Below, piece after piece: positions 17,931-26,870 of a stretch of DNA of 64,000 nucleotides. The position numbers and the translations under genes were made by a program. The notes beneath the pieces are model-generated. The model worked only from the letters and a program-made list of their open reading frames with translations. It searched no databases and had not been told where the DNA came from. Each line of letters starts with the position of its first letter. The stretch's first letter is position 1. Source of the DNA: a bacterium (GTDB taxonomy: Bacteria > UBA10199 > 2-02-FULL-44-16 > JAAZCA01); the NCBI GenBank assembly GCA_963674695.2, contig CAXXGI010000002.1:128001-192000 (forward strand). The letters run 5' to 3'.

Positions 17931-18170
17931 ATGAAACCCATTCGAGAAAAAGAGGCGACGCTAGTAGACCTGCTGGATCGCTTGTTGGACAAAGGCCTAG
18001 TGTTAAACGCCGATCTGGTGATCACTATGGGTGATGTCCCCCTGATCGGTATCAACCTGAAAGCGGCCATTGCCGGGATGGAGACCATGCTGCAATATGG
18101 ATTGATGAGAGAGTTTGATAAAGAGGTCAGCGAAGAGCGTGAAGCGTATCTCGTGAAGAGTGAAGCGTAA
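17931..18170 (+). CDS. gvpJ: GvpJ/GvpM/GvpS-like minor GvpA paralogue
   Basis: LVDLLDRLLDKGLVLNAD...AAIAGMETM; C-terminus encoded by the heptamer repeat. Confidence 0.85.
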   Translation: MKPIREKEATLVDLLDRLLDKGLVLNADLVITMGDVPLIGINLKAAIAGMETMLQYGLMREFDKEVSEEREAYLVKSEA

Positions 18171-18233
18171 AATCCGTGAAGCATCGTTCGTGAAGTGCTT
18201 GCGAGATACGAAATGCTCTTCACGAGATACGAG
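18131..18233. repeat. Heptamer inverted-repeat element 3
   Basis: CGTGAAG/CGTATCT array overlapping the gvpJ 3' end, then AGATACG/CTTCACG array before GGAGG. Confidence 0.85.
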
Positions 18234-18245
18234 GATGGAGGCAAT

Positions 18246-18734
18246 ATGATTAAAAGTGGATTGGATTTACATCGTGAACTCCCCTCTCCACAATTGGAGT
18301 CTGGAGAAAAGGTGATAAGAAAATGCACGGGGACACTCGATACAGGACGTGCCGCCTTCTCTACATTTCGCCCATGCAACATCTATTTAACCGACCGGAG
18401 GCTTCTTTTGGCACAGGTGAGAAAGGTCATCAAAGACTTCCGCTATTCTACGATTAGAGAACTTACTGTTGTGAAAAGAAAATGGTTGGCCGGCAAGATG
18501 GTTCCCCAACTGCAAATTACACTAAAGGACGGGAAGGTACACTTTGTGGTTATGAATGAACCGTGGGTGTGGCTTGCGGATATGGCTGGATTTGGAGAGA
18601 TGAACATAAAACAACAAATTGACGAGTCAGCCCCCATTTCTCTACCTGAGAAAATTTCGGATGAGAAAAAATCCCTAAGGGGACAGAAAAAAGGGAAAGT
18701 TCGGCAACATCGAGGCGTGAAACGTCGTTCGTGA
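18246..18734 (+). CDS. Hypothetical protein with PH/GRAM-like domain
   Basis: LESGEKV...IYLTDRRLLL...YSTIREL pattern; SD GGAGG. Confidence 0.6.
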   Translation: MIKSGLDLHRELPSPQLESGEKVIRKCTGTLDTGRAAFSTFRPCNIYLTDRRLLLAQVRKVIKDFRYSTIRELTVVKRKWLAGKMVPQLQITLKDGKVHFVVMNEPWVWLADMAGFGEMNIKQQIDESAPISLPEKISDEKKSLRGQKKGKVRQHRGVKRRS

Positions 18735-18778
18735 AGCGTGAAAAACGAGATACGCTTCACGAAATACGAGATGCGAGG
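18716..18778. repeat. Heptamer inverted-repeat element 4
   Basis: CGTGAAA CGTCGTT CGTGAAG CGT ... ACG AGATACG CTTCACG AAATACG AGATGCG, ending just before the Hsp70 ATG. Confidence 0.85.
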
Positions 18779-18782
18779 AAAA

Positions 18783-20534
18783 ATGGCAGTAATAGGTATA
18801 GATCTCGGCACAACTTATAGCGTTGTGTCCTACATTAAAGATGGTGTGCCAACTATTATACCCAATGCAGAGGGTGAAGATCTCACACCTTCAATAGTCG
18901 GGTTTGATAATTCCGGCCATGTCTTTGTGGGTAAGCTTGCCGAAGAGAGATCTATTCTGGATTCAGAGGGGACCGTTCGCTCAATAAAGAGAAAAATGGG
19001 GAGCGATTTTACGGCGTTGGTCCGCGGACGATACTATACCCCAACCATGATATCATCCTTTATTCTCGGAAAACTTAAAAGGGATGCCGAGAGTTGTCTT
19101 GGTGAGAAAGTTTCAGAGGCGGTTATTACTGTTCCAGCATATTTTAGTGATAAGGCGCGGGAGGCGACGAAAAATTCTGCCGAAATTGCCGGACTTAAAG
19201 TTTTGAGGATCATCAACGAACCTACGGCAGCAACGCTTGCCTATGGCATTTCTCAAAAAGAAGGTGAACAGGTCATGGTCTGGGACCTCGGCGGTGGCAC
19301 CTTCGATGTGTCTATCCTCGAGTTCTCCGGCGGTGTTTACGAGGTTAAATCTACAAGTGGTGATATGAAACTGGGCGGAGACGATTGGCGCGACGCCTTA
19401 TCACGGCACTTCTTAGACCTTCTTTGCAATCAATACAAATCTGATTTTGTAGAGACTCCGGATATGTTGAACCGCATATTGCTCATTAGCGAAAAAGCCA
19501 AGAAGGATCTCACCAATAATGAAGAGACGAATATCAGCTTATCATTTCCCGGCTCTGAGGGTAAGTGGCATGTGGGGCGGATTGTTGTAACTCGTCAGGA
19601 ATTTGAATCACTGTCATCGCATTTATGCGATAGATTGATCCTCCCGGCCAAGCAGGCATTAAAGGACGCAAGGGTGACGACCGGAGACCTCGATAAAGTT
19701 ATTCTTGTAGGCGGGGCAACCCGGATGCCAATGGTCAGGCAGAGAGTAGCCGAATTTGCAGGCAGAGAACCATATATTGATATCGATCCTGATAAAGTAG
19801 TGGCCGTTGGTGCTGCGATACAGGCGGGGATACTTACCGGCGCACTAAAGAAGGCGGTGCTGGTTGATGTAATTCCACTGTCGCTTGGGATAGAGACGCA
19901 GGGGGGAATATTCACCAAATTAATCGAACGCAATACAAAGGTGCCGATATCTAAAGATAGGATATTTACTACGGCAATGGACAATCAGCCCGAGGTGGAA
20001 ATACACGTCTTGCAAGGGGAAAGAGCGCTCGCCGAACACAATGTCTCTCTTGGTAATTTCACGCTTACTGAAATACCGGAGGCATCGAAGGGAATTCCAA
20101 AGATCAGCGTAATCTTCTCGGTCGATATAAACGGCATACTAAATGTCCGTGCCGAAGATGTCTATACCGGAAATGAGAGGGAGATGATTGTGCGGTCGGA
20201 TCGCCTGCAGCAGGATGATATCAATAAGTTGATTAAAGAAGCAGAAAACTACAAGGAGAACGATGATCTCCTTAAGGACACGATAGTCGCCAGGGTTGAA
20301 CTGGAGAGGATTGTGGAAGCGGCCAAACAGTCTATTGATGAGATGAAAATACAATCGTCCGACAAATCTTATAAAGAGGTGGTTTTATTGATTGAGAAGG
20401 CAGAGGACATGTTATCAAACGGCGATTTAATGGGGTTGAAAGAGATATCTCAAAACATAGAGGATACGATGGATTTAATATATGATAGGTGGAAAAACGA
20501 AACAAAAGAGGCCGAGCCAGCAACGGCAGGATGA
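18783..20534 (+). CDS. Hsp70/DnaK-family chaperone (operon-specific paralogue)
   Basis: GIDLGTT, VITVPAYF, INEPTAA, DLGGGTFDVS, VGGATRMP, DVIPLSLGIET. Confidence 0.95.
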   Translation: MAVIGIDLGTTYSVVSYIKDGVPTIIPNAEGEDLTPSIVGFDNSGHVFVGKLAEERSILDSEGTVRSIKRKMGSDFTALVRGRYYTPTMISSFILGKLKRDAESCLGEKVSEAVITVPAYFSDKAREATKNSAEIAGLKVLRIINEPTAATLAYGISQKEGEQVMVWDLGGGTFDVSILEFSGGVYEVKSTSGDMKLGGDDWRDALSRHFLDLLCNQYKSDFVETPDMLNRILLISEKAKKDLTNNEETNISLSFPGSEGKWHVGRIVVTRQEFESLSSHLCDRLILPAKQALKDARVTTGDLDKVILVGGATRMPMVRQRVAEFAGREPYIDIDPDKVVAVGAAIQAGILTGALKKAVLVDVIPLSLGIETQGGIFTKLIERNTKVPISKDRIFTTAMDNQPEVEIHVLQGERALAEHNVSLGNFTLTEIPEASKGIPKISVIFSVDINGILNVRAEDVYTGNEREMIVRSDRLQQDDINKLIKEAENYKENDDLLKDTIVARVELERIVEAAKQSIDEMKIQSSDKSYKEVVLLIEKAEDMLSNGDLMGLKEISQNIEDTMDLIYDRWKNETKEAEPATAG

Positions 20535-20544
20535 AAAAAGCCTG

Positions 20545-21126
20545 ATGGAATCGTCTGCCGGCATCCTGATGTCAGAGGAGAGCAGATGGTGCATGGGAAA
20601 GTGTAATGCAGCCCAGCGTGCCATTGACTTTTTTTCAGATCATCAGGTTATGTGGTCATGTCCATATAAAGATATTGCAAGCCTGAATATGGAGGAACGA
20701 CCATTCGCATTTGGCACCAAGAAGGCGTTGAGGGTAGAGTATCGGTGTAATGGTCAATTAAAGCTGGTCTGGCTTGTCCTAGTTGAATATCAAAAACTGG
20801 AGAAGATTATCAGGGTTCGTGCCTTCCCATGCGCATTATCAGAGGAAGACATATGCTGCGTGGCGGGGGGCGTTGATAACGTCAGCGAACAGTTTTTATG
20901 GTATCTCTGGAAAAAGCAGCATGCCACAATCGATGAACTGACCGCACTCGGCATCATTGACGATCCTGAGGAGGTATTGAAGAAGATCAAAGGGGTCATA
21001 AATCCAGTCGCCGAAGAGATACTGGGATATCCTTTGTTTGTTTTCAGGAATACAAGATTTGATCCGGCGACCAACAGGACATTTGAAAACTGCTGGTGCA
21101 TATTTGATCCGATGAGTGACTTATGA
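20545..21126 (+). CDS. Hypothetical protein (PH-like N-terminus, winged-HTH-like C-terminus); start uncertain
   Basis: [15 protein letters not shown]...[10 protein letters not shown]; fills the gap between hsp70 and alaC. Confidence 0.6.
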   Translation: MESSAGILMSEESRWCMGKCNAAQRAIDFFSDHQVMWSCPYKDIASLNMEERPFAFGTKKALRVEYRCNGQLKLVWLVLVEYQKLEKIIRVRAFPCALSEEDICCVAGGVDNVSEQFLWYLWKKQHATIDELTALGIIDDPEEVLKKIKGVINPVAEEILGYPLFVFRNTRFDPATNRTFENCWCIFDPMSDL

Positions 21127-22322
21127 GTATGAAATTCAAAAGAGTAAATCAACTTCCCCCATATCAACTGGGAATAGTTGCCGGACTTATGAAAGAGGCT
21201 CGCCTGCGGGGAGAGGATATTATTAATTTAGGGATGGGGAATCCTGACCTTCCCACTCCCCAGAGGATCGTGGATAAACTGAAAGAGGCCGCCGACAAGC
21301 CGGCTAATCATCGCTATTCACTGTCACGAGGTATTCCTAAACTTCGGGAGGCTGTCTGTGATTGGTATCGGCGTCGATTCAATGTGGATATCGATCCGGA
21401 AACTGAGGCAGTGGTTACCATTGGTGCCAAGGAAGGTCTGTCGCACCTGATGCTAGCCACCACCGAGCCCAACAACATCGTCCTTGTCCCCGATCCCGGA
21501 TATCCGATCCATAGGTACGCCGCCGTCATTGCCGGGGCGTTTACCCAGAGTATCAAGATCGATGGTGAATCAGATATCTTGACCAACCTGGAAGGTGTTT
21601 TGAGGGCACAGGGCCTGTTGGTTAAGGTGCTGATCCTGAATTTCCCGTCAAATCCCACGACTCAGGTGGTGGATATTACCTTTTTTAAGCGGGTTGTAGA
21701 GCTGGCACGGGAGTACGATCTGCTTATTGTCCACGATTTTGTCTATGCCGATTTCTGTTTCGACGGTTATCAGGCCCCTTCCATTCTGGAGGTCGAGGGC
21801 GCCAAGGATGTGGCAGTTGAGCTTACCTCCTTATCAAAGAGTTACTCTATGCCCGGTTGGCGTGTCGGTTTTGTATGTGGAAATAAGGAGGTCATCTCTG
21901 CACTTGCTAAACTGAAAAGCTATGTCGATTATGGCATGTTCCAGCCGATCCAGATCGCCTCTACTGTGGCCCTGAATCACTCTGAAGATAATGTAAAAGA
22001 GATTATCGCAACATACAAAAATCGTCGTGATGTCTTATGCGATGGATTAAATAAGATTGGATGGAATGTACCCCGGCCGCAGGCCACGATGTTTGTCTGG
22101 GCGAGGATTCCGGATCAATTTATAGAAATGGGATCCATTGCCTTTAGCAAACTCATTTTGGAGAAGGCAAAGGTTGCCGTGAGTCCCGGGATAGGATTTG
22201 GCGAACACGGCGAGGGATATATCCGTTTCGCATTGGTCGAAAATGAACAGCGTATAAAACAGGCCGTTCGAGGTATTAAATTGCTTATGTCGGAAGATTC
22301 CACAATACCGAAGAAAAAATGA
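21123..22322 (+). CDS. alaC: PLP-dependent class I/II aminotransferase, AlaC-like
   Basis: [57 protein letters not shown]...RFALVEN. Confidence 0.82.
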   Translation: MSMKFKRVNQLPPYQLGIVAGLMKEARLRGEDIINLGMGNPDLPTPQRIVDKLKEAADKPANHRYSLSRGIPKLREAVCDWYRRRFNVDIDPETEAVVTIGAKEGLSHLMLATTEPNNIVLVPDPGYPIHRYAAVIAGAFTQSIKIDGESDILTNLEGVLRAQGLLVKVLILNFPSNPTTQVVDITFFKRVVELAREYDLLIVHDFVYADFCFDGYQAPSILEVEGAKDVAVELTSLSKSYSMPGWRVGFVCGNKEVISALAKLKSYVDYGMFQPIQIASTVALNHSEDNVKEIIATYKNRRDVLCDGLNKIGWNVPRPQATMFVWARIPDQFIEMGSIAFSKLILEKAKVAVSPGIGFGEHGEGYIRFALVENEQRIKQAVRGIKLLMSEDSTIPKKK

Positions 22323-22382
22323 TCCTCTGTTGTAGCTGCAACAAGAGGATGATACGAAACAACCAAAGGAAAGGGGGAAGTC

Positions 22383-22805
22383 ATGGAGGTAACACCTGAA
22401 GTCCAGACGGCACTATGGACGGGGATGAGTACGGTGCAGATTGTAGGTGCTCTAGCAATCGGCGTGGTGTTCTATCTATTCTTTGCCTTCTGTCTGGCGA
22501 TGATCGCCAAGCGATTAGGGAGGCCATTTGGAAAGAGCCTTATCATGGCCATCATCCCGATTGCTAATGTGATCCTAATCCTTCAGATGGCCAGAAAACC
22601 GTGGTGGTGGATATTCCTGCTATTGATTCCGATTTTGAACATCGTTCTCTGCGTCCTGATATGGATGTCCATCTCAAAGGCAAGGGGCAAACCCGGATGG
22701 TGGGGCATAATAATTGCTTTGGTCCCGATAGTTGGAGCCATCTTTTTCCTGATCCTGACCTTTGGGAAGGCAAAAGCCGCTTCACCGACTCCGACAGCCG
22801 CGTAA
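22383..22805 (+). CDS. DUF5684-like membrane protein
   Basis: Hydrophobic, repeated IIPIAN / LIPILN / PWWW motifs. Confidence 0.75.
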   Translation: MEVTPEVQTALWTGMSTVQIVGALAIGVVFYLFFAFCLAMIAKRLGRPFGKSLIMAIIPIANVILILQMARKPWWWIFLLLIPILNIVLCVLIWMSISKARGKPGWWGIIIALVPIVGAIFFLILTFGKAKAASPTPTAA

Positions 22806-23035
22806 TAAATCTGGCCTAGATGGACATAACCTTGCGATATTGCGCAAGATTTTATAGATCATCCCCTTGGGTGGTTGGTGTGGTGGATTGTGGTTACTTC
22901 TCCATAATTTCAGTTGTTAAAATAAAGTTATCACTAATATTTTGTAATCTAATCGGATGAGTTTTACTATTGACACCTATAATTCTGACGGTTATGTCCT
23001 GTATTCACAACGAATTTCTAATATCGGTGATGCTT

Positions 23036-23416
23036 ATGGATAAAAAAGAGTTCTATGCCTTGCTTGTAAGCAACATCCGCAAGTTGAGGAAAGAAGCCGG
23101 GCTGACACAGACCGAAATCGCCCGTCGCCTTGGCGTAAGACAGGCGACATATTCGGCAATGGAATGTGGGCGGCAAAAAATATTCACCGATTATTTGCCG
23201 ATCATCGCTGAAGCACTGGGAGTAAAGATATCTGACCTGTTTAATGAGACAGTCTCGCAATCATCGGGAACAGAGCAATGGGCGCAGGATTTGTTAAGGA
23301 TGGTGGATGATCTCAGCACTGAGGAAAAAGAAGCGATTCTTAACATTGCGCATATGATCAGCAAAAAGCGCGGTTTAGAGAATTCCTCAAATAATAAAAT
23401 GGAAAATAAGGAGTAG
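23036..23416 (+). CDS. XRE-family HTH regulator (controller-like)
   Basis: IRKLRKEAGLTQTEIARRLGVRQATYSAMECG. Confidence 0.88.
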   Translation: MDKKEFYALLVSNIRKLRKEAGLTQTEIARRLGVRQATYSAMECGRQKIFTDYLPIIAEALGVKISDLFNETVSQSSGTEQWAQDLLRMVDDLSTEEKEAILNIAHMISKKRGLENSSNNKMENKE

Positions 23417-23417
23417 C

Positions 23418-26400
23418 ATGCAACCTTCTGCACTTAAACCAAGTCATATTATCAAGGGCTCAATACTTCCGGAGCCCGTAAGAATCATTTCGTTAGTTTC
23501 ACTTGGGGATTCCGTTAAAATTATCGGGGAGGGAATGGAGACCGGAAAAGTCCACCAGCCGATACTGACCGCTGAGCAAATCAATTTACTCGAGATATCG
23601 CCGGAAACGGAACCCTTCGATGGTGATTCCTTGAATTTTCGTCTGGGGATCGAAGCGATGCGGCTTGGCCTTGCCTATGAATATGATCCCTATTTCAGCC
23701 TTTCAATTGCCCGTGTCGATCCACTGCCACATCAGCTCGAGGCGGTTTACGACTACTTTATGAAACTGCCACGGATCAGGTTTCTGTTGGCCGACGATCC
23801 GGGCGCAGGTAAGACCATTATGGCCGGTCTGCTCATTAAAGAACTCAAAGTTCGCGGGCTTATTAGCAGGGTTCTTATTGTTACACCGGCAAACCTGTCG
23901 TTCCAGTGGCAAAGAGAACTTCAGGATAAATTTCGTGAGACCTTCAAAGTCATCCGCAGCGATATTTTGCGGGCCAGCTATGGAGCAAATCCGTGGCAGG
24001 ATTTCGATCAATGCATCACGTCTGTTTCATGGGTGTCGCGCATTGAAGACGCAAAGGATAGTCTGCTTCGCAGTCACTGGGATCTCATCATCGTAGATGA
24101 AGCCCACAAAATGAGCGCATACGGAGAAGAAAAGAAGACTCTCGCTTATCAGCTCGGCGAAACGCTGTCTGACATGACCGATCACTATCTTCTTATGACC
24201 GCAACGCCGCACAAGGGCGATCCAGACAACTTCAGTCTATTCCTCCGGCTACTCGACAAAGACGTATATGGCGACATCAAAAGTTTAGAAAGAGCAATGG
24301 AAGAAAGATCTGCGCCATTCTATTTAAGGCGCGTTAAAGAGGCTCTCGTAACGTTCCCCGATCCTGACACTGGCAAATCAAAGAGCCTTTTTACGAAAAG
24401 AAATGTTCACACGGTAGGGTTCCAAATCGACGATGATGAACTCGATTTCTACGACAACCTCACCCGTTATGTTGAGGATCAATCAATCAAAGCATCACAG
24501 GATGATTCGGCCAGAGGACGAGCCCTCGGCTTTACGATGGCAATGCTCCAGCGCCGGTTTGCATCCAGCGTTTATGCGGTGCGCCGCACGCTGGAGAGGA
24601 TGAAAGAGAAGCGCGAAAAGATTCTTGATGACCCAGAGGCTTATCGGCAGGAACAGATACTCAAGAAGGTTCCCGAGGACTTTGACGAACTGCCTGAAGA
24701 AGAACAGCAGGAGATTCTTTCCAATCTCGAAGATGTCGTCGCCTCAATCGACCCCGCTGACCTTCGTGAAGATATTTTGGAACTGGGCAAACTTGTAGAT
24801 CAGGCACGCTCTCTGGAGGAACGTGAGATAGAGACCAAACTAAATAAGCTCAAAGATGTTATTACGCAGGGAGGGATTTTTCAGGACGACAAAATGAAAC
24901 TCCTGCTCTTTACTGAACACAAAGATACGCTGGATTATCTGGCGGGAGATGGAAAGGAAGGAAGACCACTCGGCAAACTTCGTGAATGGGGTCTTAATGT
25001 TACCCAGATCCATGGTGGAATGAAAATCGGTGACAGAGATACACCGGGTTCAAGAATCTGCGCCGAGAGAGAGTTCCGCGATGATAGTCAGGTTTTAGTT
25101 GCAACTGAGGCCGCTGGCGAAGGAATAAACCTCCAATTCTGCTGGTACATGATCAATTACGACATCCCATGGAATCCAAACCGCTTAGAACAGAGGATGG
25201 GCCGTATCCATCGCTACGGACAGGAGAAAGATTGCTTGATAACAAATTTTGTCAGCACAAACACACGTGAAGGCCGCGTCTTTGAAAAATTATTTGAGCG
25301 AATCAGACAGATAGAAAACGATCTCGATCCAAACCGCACCGGCAAGGTATTCAATGTTCTGGGCGATATATTCCCTGCAAATCAACTGGAACGCATGTTG
25401 AGAGACATGTACGCACGAAACCTGACCGAAGCGGTAATCAAAGACCGAATCATTCAGGCCGTAGATACCGACCGCCTTAGAAAAATAACAGAATCAACCC
25501 TTGAGGGTTTGGCAAAACGTGAACTCAATCTTTCCGCCATTGTTGGAAAATCAGAAGAGGCAAAAGAGCGAAGGCTTGTGCCGGAGGTAATTGAAGATTT
25601 CTTTGTTCAGGCGGCACCGTTGGCCGGTATTACACCAAGGCAAAGCAAGAAACAGGAGCATATTTATCAGCCGGGACGGTTGCCGAGAATCATAATGCCA
25701 TACGGGGAACGGCTGGAACCGAAGTTCGGCAAATTGGGGCGTGAATATAAGCAGATCGCATTTGATAAGAATTTACTAACCAAAGACCCGACATTGGAAT
25801 GGGTAACTCCGGGACATCCCTTATTCGAAAGCGTACGCTTGATGATTGAGGAACACGTGCAGCAGGATCTTCGGAGGGGTGCCGTCTTTTATGATATATA
25901 CCGCACAGAACCGGCCTTGTTGAATGTCTTTTCTGCCGAAATCCGTGATGGACGCGGACACACATTGCATAAAAGATTGTTTGTTTCCCAGTCTGCGAAA
26001 GACGGATCAATTTCAATTAAACAGCCGACCATATTCCTTGACCTTGCCATTGCGCCTCAAGGAACCAAGACTCCGGATATGCAGGGATTGCCCAGCAAGG
26101 AAGATGTAGAAACACTTCTCTATAATCAGTCGCTCATCCCCATTCTCAAAGCGGAAAGTATCCAGCGTGAAAAAGAGGTAAACACGATTTCCAAGCATAT
26201 GGAGATAAGTCTTAACGCCATAATAGATCGTGTGCAGATTCAATTGGGTGATCTACTGAATCAAAAGGAATCGGGTTCAACTGAATCGGGGTTGGATGGT
26301 CGCATTAAAATGCTGGAGGATAAGCTTGATGAACTGAATTCCCGTTATGAACAGCGTCAAAAGGATTTGGAAAAGGAGCAGAAATGCACAATTACCAATA

Positions 26401-26870
26401 TCCAGCATTTAGGTAGTGCATGGGTTCTTCCACATCCAGATAGAGCCACCCCCCAAGTCAGGAACATGGTAAGCAATCCCGAGATCGAAAAGATAGCCGT
26501 TGATGCTGTTACGGCTTTCGAAGAAGCTCGTGGTTGGAAAGTTCAAAGCGTAGAACAGGAGAATCGCGGTTTTGATCTGATTTCAAGAAAGCCTCATCCA
26601 GAGGATCCGAGCACGGCCATCGAGGTTCGGTTTATTGAAGTGAAAGGACGTTCTCAGGTGGGCGAGGTAGCACTTACAACAAATGAATATAAAACTGCTG
26701 AACGGCTGAGAAAGGACTTCTGGCTCTACGTGGTATTCAATTGCGCAGATAAACCCGAGGTTCATTTAATTCAGGATCCATCTCGTATGGGTTGGAAACC
26801 TGTTGTTACCGTTGAGCATTATCATGTTGGTGCAAACGAAATATTAAGATCGGAAACCGTAGATGAATGA
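23418..26870 (+). CDS. SNF2-family helicase with C-terminal DUF3883 nuclease-like domain
   Basis: LADDPGAGKT, DEAH, TATPH, EGINLQ, QRMGRIHRYGQ; GFDLIS...FIEVKGR. Confidence 0.92.
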   Translation: MQPSALKPSHIIKGSILPEPVRIISLVSLGDSVKIIGEGMETGKVHQPILTAEQINLLEISPETEPFDGDSLNFRLGIEAMRLGLAYEYDPYFSLSIARVDPLPHQLEAVYDYFMKLPRIRFLLADDPGAGKTIMAGLLIKELKVRGLISRVLIVTPANLSFQWQRELQDKFRETFKVIRSDILRASYGANPWQDFDQCITSVSWVSRIEDAKDSLLRSHWDLIIVDEAHKMSAYGEEKKTLAYQLGETLSDMTDHYLLMTATPHKGDPDNFSLFLRLLDKDVYGDIKSLERAMEERSAPFYLRRVKEALVTFPDPDTGKSKSLFTKRNVHTVGFQIDDDELDFYDNLTRYVEDQSIKASQDDSARGRALGFTMAMLQRRFASSVYAVRRTLERMKEKREKILDDPEAYRQEQILKKVPEDFDELPEEEQQEILSNLEDVVASIDPADLREDILELGKLVDQARSLEEREIETKLNKLKDVITQGGIFQDDKMKLLLFTEHKDTLDYLAGDGKEGRPLGKLREWGLNVTQIHGGMKIGDRDTPGSRICAEREFRDDSQVLVATEAAGEGINLQFCWYMINYDIPWNPNRLEQRMGRIHRYGQEKDCLITNFVSTNTREGRVFEKLFERIRQIENDLDPNRTGKVFNVLGDIFPANQLERMLRDMYARNLTEAVIKDRIIQAVDTDRLRKITESTLEGLAKRELNLSAIVGKSEEAKERRLVPEVIEDFFVQAAPLAGITPRQSKKQEHIYQPGRLPRIIMPYGERLEPKFGKLGREYKQIAFDKNLLTKDPTLEWVTPGHPLFESVRLMIEEHVQQDLRRGAVFYDIYRTEPALLNVFSAEIRDGRGHTLHKRLFVSQSAKDGSISIKQPTIFLDLAIAPQGTKTPDMQGLPSKEDVETLLYNQSLIPILKAESIQREKEVNTISKHMEISLNAIIDRVQIQLGDLLNQKESGSTESGLDGRIKMLEDKLDELNSRYEQRQKDLEKEQKCTITNIQHLGSAWVLPHPDRATPQVRNMVSNPEIEKIAVDAVTAFEEARGWKVQSVEQENRGFDLISRKPHPEDPSTAIEVRFIEVKGRSQVGEVALTTNEYKTAERLRKDFWLYVVFNCADKPEVHLIQDPSRMGWKPVVTVEHYHVGANEILRSETVDE

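Noticed and set aside
7444-18778. Heptamer arrays as CRISPR
   Set aside because: Units are 7 nt, tandem and inverted, with no repeat-spacer structure and no cas operon
7495-18782. N-terminal ORF extensions at 7495, 14068, 18195 and 18738
   Set aside because: They are read-through of the repeat elements; SD position and/or family N-termini favour starts at 7540, 14203, 18246 and 18783
22806-23030. tRNA or att site at the island boundary
   Set aside because: No cloverleaf or matching direct repeat found; only a short palindrome (CTTGCG...CGCAAG, 22831-22848) of unclear meaning
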